Shown: positions 63,289-64,000 of the stretch, one piece after another | How positions within the stretch are numbered: position 1 is the first letter of the stretch | How the letters are laid out: each line of letters starts with the position of its first letter | From: Balanoglossus misakiensis | Taxonomy: Eukaryota > Animalia > Hemichordata | NCBI GenBank assembly: GCA_040954595.2 | Contig: CM082579.2 | Span: 4,329,227 to 4,393,226 of the forward strand | Length of the DNA stretch: 64,000 bases | Reading direction: 5' to 3' | Made by a program: the position numbers and the translations under genes | Notes under the pieces: model-generated | Databases searched by the model: none | What the model saw: only the letters and a program-made list of their open reading frames with translations | What the model was told of the DNA's origin: nothing

Positions 63289-64000
63289 CTGAACCCAGCA
63301 AAGCGTTACATACATGTACATATATGATGTACATACATTTAAATTGTACAAATTACCATGCAAACATTCACAATTCGCCCTTCCGAAAACCAAATGGAAA
63401 CTAAATGCTAAAGGTCATGCCTCATGGCCCACACTGGTACCAACACTGACGTGATGATCACAACTCCAAATACAAGCTGTTGCATTTGTACAAAATATTT
63501 CAATTAAGATGTTTTCTGATAATTCAACTAGGCTAATCTAGCTTACAAACATCATCAAACATCCATTAAGGTAGTATCCTTCCACAATTTTTTGACCTGC
63601 TTTTCTTACTCTCTGTGTGTTGTATTAAACACCGAAGTACAATAATAGCATATCTCTTCTGCTCACTGCACTGAATGATTGAAGACGTTTGTTTCTTGTT
63701 CAATGTTGGCACTGCAAATGATGTTGTATTTTTTCACAACTTCCATGATGGATTGTCACGGAGCCACCGCAGCAGAGTTGAACATATGTTCACTTCCTCA
63801 ATCGCTAAATCAACTAGTTTAATGAAAAATGGAAAGAAAGAAAAAACACAACAACAAAAGACAGTATTTCAACCACCAATCTTTTGTGGCAGAACAATGC
63901 TCATTGGAAACACTCATTTCAATGGCCTTCGCAGACAAATCTCAAGTATTTTCGAATGGGAAATTTTTAAATGACTTTCTATGGTGTGAAAGAAACACCA

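Noticed and set aside
63049-63404. Poly-Ser/Ile and poly-Met ORFs
   Set aside because: Artefacts of the (GAT)n tract

Overview
Eukaryotic, intron-rich animal DNA, probably a marine invertebrate deuterostome (inferred from composition, TACATGTA richness and vertebrate-like proteins). The six-frame ORF track is mostly noise, so genes were assembled by hand from GT-AG sites and codon phases. (1) A complete + strand CNBD2-like gene with two cyclic-nucleotide-binding domains spans 11282/13153-24341. It has 17 shared coding exons, two candidate alternative first exons (about 581 or 666 aa) and a candidate 12-nt microexon. (2) The 3' part of TBC1D19 lies on the - strand (7 exons, 25702-36055), tail-to-tail with gene 1. 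No further exon was found in the following 27.9 kb up to the window end. (3) The 5' exons of a divergent - strand gene (5798-4826) mirror the exon phases and motifs of the CNBD2-like N-terminus. (4) An intronic tRNA-His(GTG) carries a U-U acceptor-stem mismatch. (5) A candidate 3-exon antisense orphan gene of about 135 aa is nested in a CNBD2-like intron. The left ~24.9 kb is CpG-rich with many RFX X-box-like palindromes, suggesting a ciliary/sperm locus. The right ~39 kb is CpG-poor, consistent with gene-body methylation. A perfect 235-bp tandem duplication, a pogo/Tigger-like MITE and microsatellites are also present. No database searches were possible, so family calls rest on recalled protein sequences.
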